NCBI GenBank assembly: GCA_034722435.1
Contig: JAYENX010000022.1
Location: 1 to 42,025, forward strand
DNA: 42,025 nucleotides
Origin: Nanobdellota archaeon
GTDB taxonomy: Archaea; Nanobdellota; Nanobdellia; Woesearchaeales; JAHWHD01
Direction: 5' to 3'
The translations under genes and the position numbers were made by a program. Below the pieces are notes generated by a model. It was not told the origin of the DNA, made no database searches, and saw only the letters and a list, made by a program, of their open reading frames with translations. Positions 9,240 through 20,400 of the stretch are shown here, piece after piece. Each line of letters opens with the position of its first letter. The first letter of the stretch is position 1.

Positions 9240-11764
9240 AGAAGTTAGTTATATTCGGATTGTGTATGATTTTGTTAAGTAGTTTGGTAATTGGAGCTAT
9301 AACAAAGCCTAGTAATCTTCCGAATGGTAACTTTGAAAGTATTGTAACGGGAAGAGATGGTTCAATCATTCAAATTTGGCAATATGAGGGTAATTATTAT
9401 AGGCGAGTGGGTACAGAAGATGCTACTGAAATTACAAATACTTTAACAGTAAAAGATCCAACTTCACCTAATAATATTCGAATCTGGACACCGCCAAAAC
9501 CAACACCCGCTACAGCGATCTCGTCATCAACTGCTTCGGGAGGTAGTACTCCGTCTGCAGCGGCACAAGCTGTGTATAGGTTACAAACAATGAGTGGCAC
9601 AGGACTTATCGAAAGTTTTACTAATCTACAGAAAAAAGATCCACAAGCGACAAAAACAACATCTGATGATTTTATGACAACTCAAATAAGTTATACTCAA
9701 ACTAATGGTATAAGGGTAACAAATACTTATACTTATGAAAAGGGTAAATATGTTCTTAAAAAACAACAAAGTTCAACCTCTAAATCAGGAGTTACATCAG
9801 TTACTTTGTATGGAGAAAAAAGTAAAGAACAATATCTTGAAACTAGTGTAGAGGGTAAACCTGTTAGTAGAGTATATACAGATGGAGAAAGAACTGATTT
9901 TTATTCTAGTGACAGGGCATACATTAAAAAATATACAAAACCAGGTACAACCGGAGTGTATTATCAAGAGGTTGTTACGAAAATTGATGGAAAGGATGTG
10001 AAAGTTACATATGTAATAAATCAAAAGACGGGAGATATTGATAAAACAGTTATTGATAAACAAGTAACCACAGGTATGACTGCACAAATGGAAAAAGAGT
10101 TAAAAGCTAAGTTAGAAGTTAAAAGAGTTGAACTTCTTAATGCTGAAAGAAAGGCTGCCGGGTTAACGCCAACTGCTAAACCTGCGACTCCAACGCCTGG
10201 AGCGGTTACAGTAAATAGTGCTCAGTTAAGTGAAGTTGATAAACTGTTAGGCGAAGAATTGAGAAATGCAGATTTCTTTATAGGGGATTATTATAGAGAC
10301 GATAAAAATAATAGAGAGGGTTTCCAAATAACTAATGTCATGGGAGATTCATTTTATGTGTCTGGCGAAGCAGGGACAGGTATATCGGGGCCAAAGTTTG
10401 TTCTTAGAGATAAAGCAGGTAAAATATTATTTACGGCGAGTAGCAGGTCAGAGTTATTAGCTGCGATGAATAAAGCGCCGGCTTTAGCAGCTGCAAAGGT
10501 TACTAAGAAAGGATTGACGGGCGAAGCGATTTATGATTCTGCAATTATTAAAGATGCGGCGAGTAAATATTTAAATGATTTAAATAAGAGGATAAGGGAG
10601 GCAGAAGGAGACGCACAAGAAGCTTTGAAAAAAGAAAGAAGAGAATTTAGGGATAGTGAAGAAAAGCAGTATAAAGCAGCACAAAACTTTTTAAAAGATA
10701 AAACAACTTCAGAGAAAGAATATATTAAAACTTATACCAAATATAGTAATACATTTAGAATTACGGATATATATGATAAAGAGGATGGTACAATATCAAG
10801 GTTAGCGGCTGTTCAGACTAATCAAGGTTTAGTGGCTTTAAACAATGAGCAGTATCAAGGTTTGATAAAGGAGTTTGAAGAGTTTGCGGGTCATCAGTTT
10901 TTTGATGCAGAAGGTGTTGAGAGAAATGCAGTGGCAAGAGCTATTAAGAATAAAGACGGGACAGTCAGCATGCAACTCGAATACTGGGACGGAACGCAAT
11001 GGATTAAGGGACGAACTGACGATATAAAAAGGCGTGTTAAGGCTGCTAAAACTGGCAAGGTTCCGATAACAGCGCAACGTCTTTATGCTTGGACACAGAA
11101 AGGTGCGCAGTTCACTAGCTTGTTAGGGTTTAAAGAAGAAGAAGCATGGGAGTGGGCTGATGAATTATTTGGACCTGGAGAAGTTGCTGATTTCTTGAAA
11201 GGTAATTGGGAAGATAGTGTGTGTACGGGTTTCAAGTTTGTGGATAAACCGTCTGAACAAGGAGTTCTTATGACTGATGGCGGACAGGGAACTCTTGCAG
11301 CACATATTGAAGCTGAAAGAAGTGAATTAACATTTTATAATGATACAACTAAAACTGAGCAAACAGAATACTTGTACAAGATAACGTACGCGTTTGATAC
11401 TGGCGAAGCAGGTAAAGAAGATGGTAATTTGATAGAATTTAATATTAAACTTAACCCGAACGGTAAAAAGTTATATGATGATGATTATAAAATTGGAGGG
11501 AAAGATAATGGTGTAGACGTACCTAATTATGCGGGCAGATTGGGTTCAAGCGCGATTCTGCTTTATTTCCCTGAAAAATATACAGAAATATGTTTAACGT
11601 ACAAATTACAAGGTAACTGGCCGTTGAGCGGTGAGGAAATATGTAATACAGTAATTGATACTGTAGGGAAAGATATATTGGATGAAGTTCCGGATACAGA
11701 ACCTGCGGACACGCCTGGCGAGACAACACCTGAAGGATATACTCCTCCAACCATAGAACCATGA
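9236..11764 (+). CDS. Secreted 842-aa hypothetical protein with Pro/Thr/Ser-rich linkers
   Basis: Signal peptide MKKLVIFGLCMILLSSLVIGA; PPKPTPATA, SSSTASGGSTP, PTAKPATPTPG linkers; Pro/Thr/acidic tail; ATGA overlaps at both ends. Confidence 0.8.
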   Translation: MKKLVIFGLCMILLSSLVIGAITKPSNLPNGNFESIVTGRDGSIIQIWQYEGNYYRRVGTEDATEITNTLTVKDPTSPNNIRIWTPPKPTPATAISSSTASGGSTPSAAAQAVYRLQTMSGTGLIESFTNLQKKDPQATKTTSDDFMTTQISYTQTNGIRVTNTYTYEKGKYVLKKQQSSTSKSGVTSVTLYGEKSKEQYLETSVEGKPVSRVYTDGERTDFYSSDRAYIKKYTKPGTTGVYYQEVVTKIDGKDVKVTYVINQKTGDIDKTVIDKQVTTGMTAQMEKELKAKLEVKRVELLNAERKAAGLTPTAKPATPTPGAVTVNSAQLSEVDKLLGEELRNADFFIGDYYRDDKNNREGFQITNVMGDSFYVSGEAGTGISGPKFVLRDKAGKILFTASSRSELLAAMNKAPALAAAKVTKKGLTGEAIYDSAIIKDAASKYLNDLNKRIREAEGDAQEALKKERREFRDSEEKQYKAAQNFLKDKTTSEKEYIKTYTKYSNTFRITDIYDKEDGTISRLAAVQTNQGLVALNNEQYQGLIKEFEEFAGHQFFDAEGVERNAVARAIKNKDGTVSMQLEYWDGTQWIKGRTDDIKRRVKAAKTGKVPITAQRLYAWTQKGAQFTSLLGFKEEEAWEWADELFGPGEVADFLKGNWEDSVCTGFKFVDKPSEQGVLMTDGGQGTLAAHIEAERSELTFYNDTTKTEQTEYLYKITYAFDTGEAGKEDGNLIEFNIKLNPNGKKLYDDDYKIGGKDNGVDVPNYAGRLGSSAILLYFPEKYTEICLTYKLQGNWPLSGEEICNTVIDTVGKDILDEVPDTEPADTPGETTPEGYTPPTIEP

Positions 11765-12546
11765 AAGATATGTTTAAAGAAAGTTTTAGGAATGTGAAAA
11801 AAAGATTGTTCTGGGTAGTTGCAGGAATGGATTATGCGTTCTTTGCGATATCGGCTTTAGCCATTTATATTTATAGTTTAGCAATTGCAAATGTTGGCGG
11901 ACTTATGCCTGATAGTGTTGATTTTCTTGCACCTGAAAGTGTTCTTGCATCACAATCAACAGCGTTCCAAGGTGCAATAACTACAATCGTAATTTATACA
12001 ATTATATTGTGCGTGTTTATACTATTTAATTTTAGCTTTTGGCGTGGTATGATATGGGCCAAGATATTAAAGAAAAAGTATAATTTTAAGAAAATGTTAA
12101 GGTTTAGTTTACTTAACTTACCTTATCTTATCATTTTTTTAATTATAATGGGGCTTTACACTTTAGTAGTATTTTTATTATTGAGAAGTTCTATGATGTA
12201 TATTGTTCCAGGAATAGGAGAGGTTGCTTCTAGTCTGGTGATGCTTCCAGTATATATTTTAATATTCCTTCCAATCTATACGTACTTAATCAATGTTACA
12301 AATATATTACATATCAAGTTTTTCAGTACAAAACATTATATTAAAGAAACTATCAAGACAATAATGGATATCAAGAAATTATGCGTACATTTAATATTGA
12401 TGGGTATTATTATGTTAATATTTTTATATATTTATTCGTTGCCAATATTTATGGCAGAATCATATATAGGAATCATGTTTACATTTATATTAGTAGTATT
12501 ATATTGTACATGGTTAAAATTGTATATTGTTAAGTTAGTACATTGA
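11761..12546 (+). CDS. Polytopic membrane protein (~6 TM); paralogue C1
   Basis: Six hydrophobic segments; similar to 22317..23081. Confidence 0.8.
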   Translation: MKDMFKESFRNVKKRLFWVVAGMDYAFFAISALAIYIYSLAIANVGGLMPDSVDFLAPESVLASQSTAFQGAITTIVIYTIILCVFILFNFSFWRGMIWAKILKKKYNFKKMLRFSLLNLPYLIIFLIIMGLYTLVVFLLLRSSMMYIVPGIGEVASSLVMLPVYILIFLPIYTYLINVTNILHIKFFSTKHYIKETIKTIMDIKKLCVHLILMGIIMLIFLYIYSLPIFMAESYIGIMFTFILVVLYCTWLKLYIVKLVH

Positions 12547-12582
12547 AGAGTATAGAAAATTAAGTTAGAGTATCGAGTAAAA

Positions 12583-14469
12583 ATGATTAACCAAAAAAAG
12601 AGGGGACAGGTAACGTTATTTATAGTCATAGGCATAATTATGTTGATAGCTGTAGGTTTATTCTTTGTGTTTAGACAATTATCAATTCCTGGTCCTGACA
12701 TGAATGTACCTGATGAAGTTGTGCCTGTGAAACTGTTTGTAGAAGCGTGTTTAGAAGATACTTTGAAAGATGCAATTGTTTTAGCAGGTATCCAAGGAGG
12801 ATATACTGAAATTCCCGAAGATCTTGCAGTGAGTCCGTTTGGGCATTTACAAGTTGCAGGTCCGTTTAAAACGCCAATGTGGTACTATTCAGGTGTTCTA
12901 AGAATACCTGAAATTTTTGAGATTGAAGAACAACTTAATAATTATGTAAACAAGAATATTGAATTATGTATTCAGAACTTTACAGGAATAGAGGCTTTAA
13001 CAGTAAATATTCTTTCTGAGCCTAAGTTTAGCACACAGATTAATAAAAATGATGTTAGTATTGTTATGAATCAAGATATTGAAATTGTTGAAGGAGATGA
13101 AAGATTTGAATGGAACTTTTTCTCTACCGAAGCAGATGTAAAGTTATCAAAAGCTTATGAAATTGCTAAACAAGTTATGGAAAAAGAAAATGAAAATATG
13201 TTCCTCGAGACTGTAACTATTGACCTTATGGCTCTCGACCCTGAAGTTCCATTGACAGATTTCAGGTTTGACACGTGTCATAGATTAACGTGGTCAGAGC
13301 GAGCGATAAATACTAGGTTGAAAGATACATTATATTATAACATGCCGCGTTTACGTGTTGACCGAACAAGGTATGAAAAGTTTGATGATGATGAAGATTA
13401 TCAAAAGAATCATTTTCTTATGGATGCCATAAACCAGGATGAAAAAGATATCACGGTAGGGTTTAGATATGATAAAGATTGGTCAATGTTATTAAATGCT
13501 AGACCTAGTGATGGAGATATCCTGAAAAGTAATAGTGGAAAAGGTTTTGCTAAGTATATGTCTTTCTTATGCATGAACATGTACCATTTTACTTACGATA
13601 TTGAATATCCTGTTGAAATCATAATAAGAGAGGGTACTAGTTTTGATGGTGAAGGGTATGTGTTTAGGTTTGGTACACCTGTAATAATAAAACAGAACCA
13701 GGGTAACAGAGTTTTTGTTGGTGAACCTGAGTTTGAAGTGCCAAGGTATGATACTGATATGTGCGAAACGCAAACTGATGAAGTTTATGATATACGTGCT
13801 ATAGACCCTGTCACGAATGAAGAAATGATTGCTAATGTTTCATTTGAATGTATAGTGTTCAGGTGCGATCTTGGTGAGACAGGATTGACTGATGATGATT
13901 TGGCAGTATCTTTAAAGACGCCGCTTCCTTCAAGTTGTACAGGCGGACATCTTATAGTTAACCCGCAATATGATGAGTTCTTTAATAGAGGGTATTTTGA
14001 GAGTGTGCACCATATAAGTTTAGACGAGATATCTACTAGAGAAGCAATAAATATACCTATTAAGCCGTATAAAAAAGTTGAAATTGATATAAAGAAATAT
14101 CTTAAAGAAGATTTAGAGACTGCACTCGAACTATCAGATGACGAAGAAGTGTTGATACAGTTAGAAAATAAGGATGAAGATTATTTTGAGTTTTATGTAT
14201 GGAGCAAGAATGGAGAGAATGATAAAATTAATTTATTGTTGTTAGAAGATGTTACTTATGATGTTAATTTAATGATTACTAAGGGCGAGCTTTACATGGG
14301 CGGATACAAAACTGCGTGGGATGTTTCATACAGCGATGTCGCTGATAATGAAAAGGTTGAGTTCCCTGTAATATATGGTGCAGTAACTGGAGATGATGAA
14401 ATGGTTGATCTTATCACTTATATCGAGACAGGGTTATACGCACAATTGCTGAAACCGGAGTTAATATGA
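12583..14469 (+). CDS. Large membrane-anchored protein with class III (prepilin-like) signal peptide; paralogue A2
   Basis: KKRGQVTLFIVIGIIMLIAVGLFFVF; PVKLFVEACL...GIQGGY; YHFTYDIEYPV matches YDFGYDVSFPV of 3444..5531. Confidence 0.87.
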   Translation: MINQKKRGQVTLFIVIGIIMLIAVGLFFVFRQLSIPGPDMNVPDEVVPVKLFVEACLEDTLKDAIVLAGIQGGYTEIPEDLAVSPFGHLQVAGPFKTPMWYYSGVLRIPEIFEIEEQLNNYVNKNIELCIQNFTGIEALTVNILSEPKFSTQINKNDVSIVMNQDIEIVEGDERFEWNFFSTEADVKLSKAYEIAKQVMEKENENMFLETVTIDLMALDPEVPLTDFRFDTCHRLTWSERAINTRLKDTLYYNMPRLRVDRTRYEKFDDDEDYQKNHFLMDAINQDEKDITVGFRYDKDWSMLLNARPSDGDILKSNSGKGFAKYMSFLCMNMYHFTYDIEYPVEIIIREGTSFDGEGYVFRFGTPVIIKQNQGNRVFVGEPEFEVPRYDTDMCETQTDEVYDIRAIDPVTNEEMIANVSFECIVFRCDLGETGLTDDDLAVSLKTPLPSSCTGGHLIVNPQYDEFFNRGYFESVHHISLDEISTREAINIPIKPYKKVEIDIKKYLKEDLETALELSDDEEVLIQLENKDEDYFEFYVWSKNGENDKINLLLLEDVTYDVNLMITKGELYMGGYKTAWDVSYSDVADNEKVEFPVIYGAVTGDDEMVDLITYIETGLYAQLLKPELI

Positions 14470-17400
14470 AGAAATCAACAATAGGGATACTTGTATTAAT
14501 TTTGTTAGTTGTACCAATGGCGCATGGTTTAACAATCGGTAGTGTATCAGTTACAGGTGTAGATGAAAATACTATAGAGGTTAACTGGACAAGCGATATT
14601 GCTTCTGATTCGAAAGTTTTGTTTGGCCAAACAACTTTAGACAGTGTTGAGTATAGTTCAATAGTTCAATCTTTACATTCAATAAAATTAATAGGTTTAC
14701 AGCCTGATACTGAATATTTTGTAGTTGTAGAATCGAGCGATGGCAGTAATATAGAAAGAAATGATAACGGCGGTAATTATTATATAGGGAAAACCAAACC
14801 GACAGTTTTGTTTAATAATATAGGTGTAGAAAATGTTGGGACGAATACAGTAGACATTAAATGGGAGACAGATAAAGATACAAGCGGTAAAGTTATATAC
14901 GGTTTAAGTTCAAATCTTGAATTGTCTGCATCGAATAATGTTCTTGCAACTAATCATACAATATCATTATCAGGTTTAGTAAACGGAACTAAATATTTCT
15001 ATAAAGTCGTGGCAGATTATGCAGAGTCAGAGATTAAAGAGTTTACAACGAGAAGCGATATTAGTCAGCCAGATATTACTGAGATTTACATTCCGGAATA
15101 TTATAATAAGAATAGTATTAACATCCAAGGAAAAACTAAGCCGGGTTCTGAAGTAAAACTTTACCTTGAAGACAGATTTATCAGAGCAGGAACTGCGAGA
15201 AGTACTGGAGATTTTAGTTTTAATTATGTTAATCTGGAAAAAGATGTCAATAAAATAAAGTTACAAGTTATCGACACATACGGAGAAGAGTTTGAGAAAG
15301 AGTATACAATTACTATTGATACAATTGCGCCGAATATAAGTTTGAAAAATCTTCCAGAGTCAATTAAACAAGCAAGTATAAAGCTTGACGGTGAAGTAAA
15401 TGAACCTGTAGAGCTTACTATCAAAGTAGGAAATAAAACAGTTTCTTTCAATACAAGTAATAAGATTAGTCAGACTCTTACTTTTAGTGAAGGAGATAAT
15501 GATGTACACATTCTTGCAAGGGATAGAGCAGGGAATGTCTGGGAAGTTAAGAGAAGAATATATTCTGATAGTAAAGATCCTTCATTCGATATGGTGGATA
15601 GAGAGGGTAAAGTTATCAGTATATCTTCTTACAGTCCGTCAATATCGAAGATTATCAGGTTAAGAGGGAAAGCTACTGAGCAAGCAGAAATTATCATTAA
15701 AGTTAATGAAAGAACGTATAAGACGGCAACTAAAGCAGATTTTACGTGGGAGCAACAGATTGAGCTTGAGCGAAAAGTGGTTAGTACAGGAGATATAGGT
15801 CCTAATATCCCGCCAATGGAACAAAGGATAGAACTTGCTGAAAGGTATGCTAACACTATAGAAGTTCATGCTGTTGATAGGTCAGGAAGAGAATCTCCAA
15901 AGAAGAGTGGTACAGTTTATTATCAATTATGTGGAAAAGGTGGAGACTGGGACATAGTTATATCCCCACCAAATCCTGGAGCGTTATCCCCTATAGATCT
16001 TCAGAGAGGGTATGGTATGCTAGGGTTTGAGATTGATCTTGTCTGGCAAGGCGGTGGCGATGCTAGTAAGGCAAAGATATCTGGCAGACCAACCATAAGA
16101 AAGTTTACTCAGATAAGTTCTGAGCTTCGTAAAGAGTATAATATGGATTTAATAGGAACCATACATAAAGATTTCTTAAAAAATAAAGGGTATGTTACAA
16201 TAAATCTTGGTAAGACTGATGATGTTGAAGAATTTGAAACATTAAAGTTTCCTCTTGAGATAGATATACCATATTCGTATGATGAATTTGGAAAACAGGT
16301 ATCGGCAAGGCAGACTACATGTTTCACAATTGAAATTTTGGTTGATAAAACATTTGATGAGTCAAAAATTCCAGAAGGGTTTGTAAAAAGTTCTATCAAG
16401 TTCTTAAACAGTACGATCGAGGTTCTTGATAAAGTGATAGATCCTTTGAAAAAGGTTGAAAAGTTTGTGTTTATAGGTTGTAAAGCTATGCAGTTAAGAA
16501 GTATATTTGACAGAGCTAAAGAGGTAAGAGCTTGTTTCCCTTTCAAGAACAGGATACCGTTAACTGTAATGAAACCTGCCAAAGCTGTTAAAGATGTTGA
16601 AGATTGTAGTAATGTTTTATCGTCAAGCCTTAACAGCGGTTTCCCTGCTGGAGATGTTAAATCGCTTTGCGAAAGTTGTATGGTGGCTAAACAAGGGGCT
16701 GAAAAAGCTAAACATGAAATGGCATTGATCTGTGATAGATATACATGTCCTACAGTACCTACAGTTCAATATTATTCAAGAATTAATGAAGAAAATAAAA
16801 AGAAAACAACTACAACAAAACTTTACTATGCGCCAAATAGCGGTTTTAGTTTACAGAGTAACTGTGACATTAATACTATCACAAGTCTTGCAAATGATAT
16901 GAAAGATGGTAAACTGGAAGGTTCTGAGAAAGATAAGTATAAAACGTGTGAAAAAGAGTACGAGTTTTTGTGGGGACCTGGAACTCTTACAGAACAAAAT
17001 AAAATATTTGAAAAATCTGCGAAATTGTCTGCGCCTGATGATGTAAGATCTAACATGAATACTGGCGGATTATTTAATACAATAAGTAGCCTTTGCGGAG
17101 AGGCAAAGAAAAGTGTTGATTCTAGAAAGTTATGGATTGATAATCGTGAGTTTACTTTTGATGGGAAAGATAAGTCATGGGCAGTGACAGATTCTGTACC
17201 GGTAGGAACTTCTAAAGATAAGCAAGAACAAATATTAAAATCTACAAATACGGTTACAAGGTACGGAGACTGGTTCTATTATAATTTTGAACCTAACTTA
17301 GCAAGCGCATATGGCGAAGTTCCTTTAGATGTAATGGGAAAAAATAAAATTGTTCTTTACAATCCTGTGAAAGCGCCAGTTGAAAGACCTGATTCGCCTA

Positions 17401-20400
17401 AGAATGTTGAGTTAGCAGTAAATAAAGATGGTGTATTATTTTATAAGAAGACAACTGCAGAAAAGAAGTCGTGGTGGGTGCCTGATCAAACAAGTAGAAG
17501 TATAATTTCAAGTTCAACAGGGAGACCTTTAGAACTTAACCAGTTAAAGACCGAATTCGAACGCCAAGAAAATAGCGGTAAATGGTTGATTGAATCTACA
17601 GACGGGTTATTGTCAAGTATTCAAACAGTTTGCGTTCCAGGAATTATTTCGCATATGGAGAATCTTAAGACTGTAAGTGAACAGTTGAAAAGATGTTTCC
17701 AGAACCTTCTAATAAATGACGAGTTCAGGGCAGGGTATTGTAAATCTTTGATAGCTGAGCATGTATGCGATTTAGTGTTTAATCTTATAAGGTGCAGTTT
17801 TAAAGTGTTTGAAGGTAAACCTAGAGAGACAAGAATACAGGCGGGTGTGCCAGGATTTTTCTCAGCTTTAAGTTCTGCAGGAGGAGAAGTTAACAAAGAT
17901 ATCAGAGAAAGGTACGGAAGTACTCTTACATTTGATGCCATATTTAATGATAGAAAACTTGTACATCAGATGTGTCTAGGAGCTTTTAATCATGATTGGG
18001 ACTTTAATATTGAGACAATGTTGGAAGAGACCAGACAGAGAGCAGTACCTATAAAACCTGACGTGTTTGTGTTCCCTACAGAGTATAAATATTACGGGTT
18101 TAATCCGTTGAATGGACGATCCAATATAATGTATCATGCAGGTCTAGGTATTGTTGCAGGAGCTGACATGGATTATGAAGTTAATTTGATATGTAGTAAT
18201 GATAACTCTTGCTCTGATGCTGACGGTTTTGCAGGCGGTAGATGCGATTGTAGTTATGAAGGCCGCGGCGAGATTAAGAAAAATATTGTAAGAGATAGGT
18301 TGACTAAAGGAGAGAGTAACTGGGACGATGCTGATTCGTCAGATATAAGAAAATTACTGAAAGATCTTCAGTATAGGTTCGATAAAATCGAAGTAAAATG
18401 GCGATATAAAGATGCGAAAGGACAGACTGTTACTGATAGTGTTGTTAAAGATCTTAGATTAACAGGCGGTCTTCCATCGGAAGGTTGTAAATTTGACATT
18501 ATTTCTAACGAGTTTAGATGTTTATTCGGGTTCGGTACAGATGGTTATGCTAAATTTGTTGGTGACGTTAAACCATTACAAACAACTTTCCAGGTTGGTG
18601 ACCCTATCAAGTTTAAAGGAAGAATTGATAAGTATAGTCCTGAAGGAGAGAGTAACAGAAATGTTGTGCTAAGGGCAGAAGTGTATAATGATGCGGGCGA
18701 CAGAATAGATAGTACGGGTGGAAGGTTAGAGTTTAACATGCGCGAAGATAAACGGTATTATCTAGAGACTGATTTTGCTGAAAGGGGTGTTCCAGGGTAT
18801 GTAGTTAAACAGGAAGATTTTGTTAAATTCGGAAGCACGTCTACAGGTATATTTAATAGTAATAAAGGAACAAGTTCAAAGTTCTGGGAAGTTTATCCTT
18901 CCCCGTATCTTGCATTAGTAAGCGGAGATATTGGGACTGCAACAGTGAAAGTTGAGTTTACTGATAAAGAATATGAAATCAAGACATCTTCGTATGTGCG
19001 CGGTTCAACAAGAGGCATTATACCTGATGGAAACTTGGTTATCCAGGTTGGATCAGGGACGATTATATTAAAAGATGCAAAAAATAAAAGGCAAGTTGGA
19101 GAAATTCTTTCATTTGAACCTCCAAGGACACATGTAAATCCTAAATATAAAGTTAAGTTAAGCCTACACACTACAGACGCAACAGGAACGCCTAATGCTG
19201 AGTCGATAGACGAGATTGAAGTTGAAGTGACTGTGAGAAGTTCTTTCTCAGGAAGTACTTGTACAACTGATGGTAGAAAGGCGTATGGAGAGTGCGATTG
19301 TAATGGTGACGGTGTCAAAGAATGCGGTAAGTCGGGAGGTAACCAGTATTGTTACAAAATATATGATAGTACAACTAAAAAGGTTGCTGAGAAAGCCTCG
19401 TGCAATAAATATCCTTTATGTAGACAAGGAGAGGTTACAGAGATATGTGATTGTAATGAAGATGGAATGCTTAGTGTTGACCTTAGCTCTAGCAGAGCAG
19501 TTGAAAGTATAAACTTTGGCTTACTAAAGTATGGAGCTAATAAGGAACATACTTATAATAATTTTAAGATATATAGAGATTCAGAAGGTAATAAAGAGTT
19601 GTTATTCTATATAGACGGTTCAGGGCAAAGAAAATATCTGGGTGCTGAATGGGATAGCGTTACATTCAATAGCGGTGATTATGATGGTACGACTTTTAAG
19701 TACAAAGGTCAGGATATCAATTATAAAGGTTCAGAATTTTTTTACATAAGTGAAGAAGGAATTACTAGAAAAGGGCACAGAATTATTGTTGATAGAATAC
19801 AAAATGAAAGGTTAGTTAAAGATAGTACGGATGAAGATTTTGGAGAATTTGATTTAGATTTAGATGCTTTTGAAGATGAACCAGATACCAAAATTGATTC
19901 ATATGTTGAACTTTTCAGGAGATGGAGTGAGATAGTTCTTAAATCTGATAAAACGTCTAGTTGTGAAGGTACTGAGTATAAATATTGTTTTAGTAAAGTG
20001 TGTTATGGCGAAGATATAAATTCAAATCCTGCAGGAGGAACAACAACAAGTACAACTTTACAAAGTGTTTCTAAAATAGGGGTTGATTGGAATGAACCAA
20101 TAAAACGTGAAGATTTAAGAACTGTTGGTTCAAAATGGGACCCTTTCAATCACCCATATGATGTAGATAGATATAGTGCAACTATGTATACCCACAGATG
20201 GCAATCAATTCATAGGGGAATGGATATTTATACTAATAGAAATAATGCACCAGTTTATGCATCGGCTGATGGAGAGGTAATACGTATTTCAAATACTGTT
20301 GTTTATGTTTTACATAAGGGTGTGGGCGGAGAATATACTGGATGTTATGTACATGTTACTAATCCTGCTGTCGCAGTTGGACAAAATGTAAAAAAAGGAG

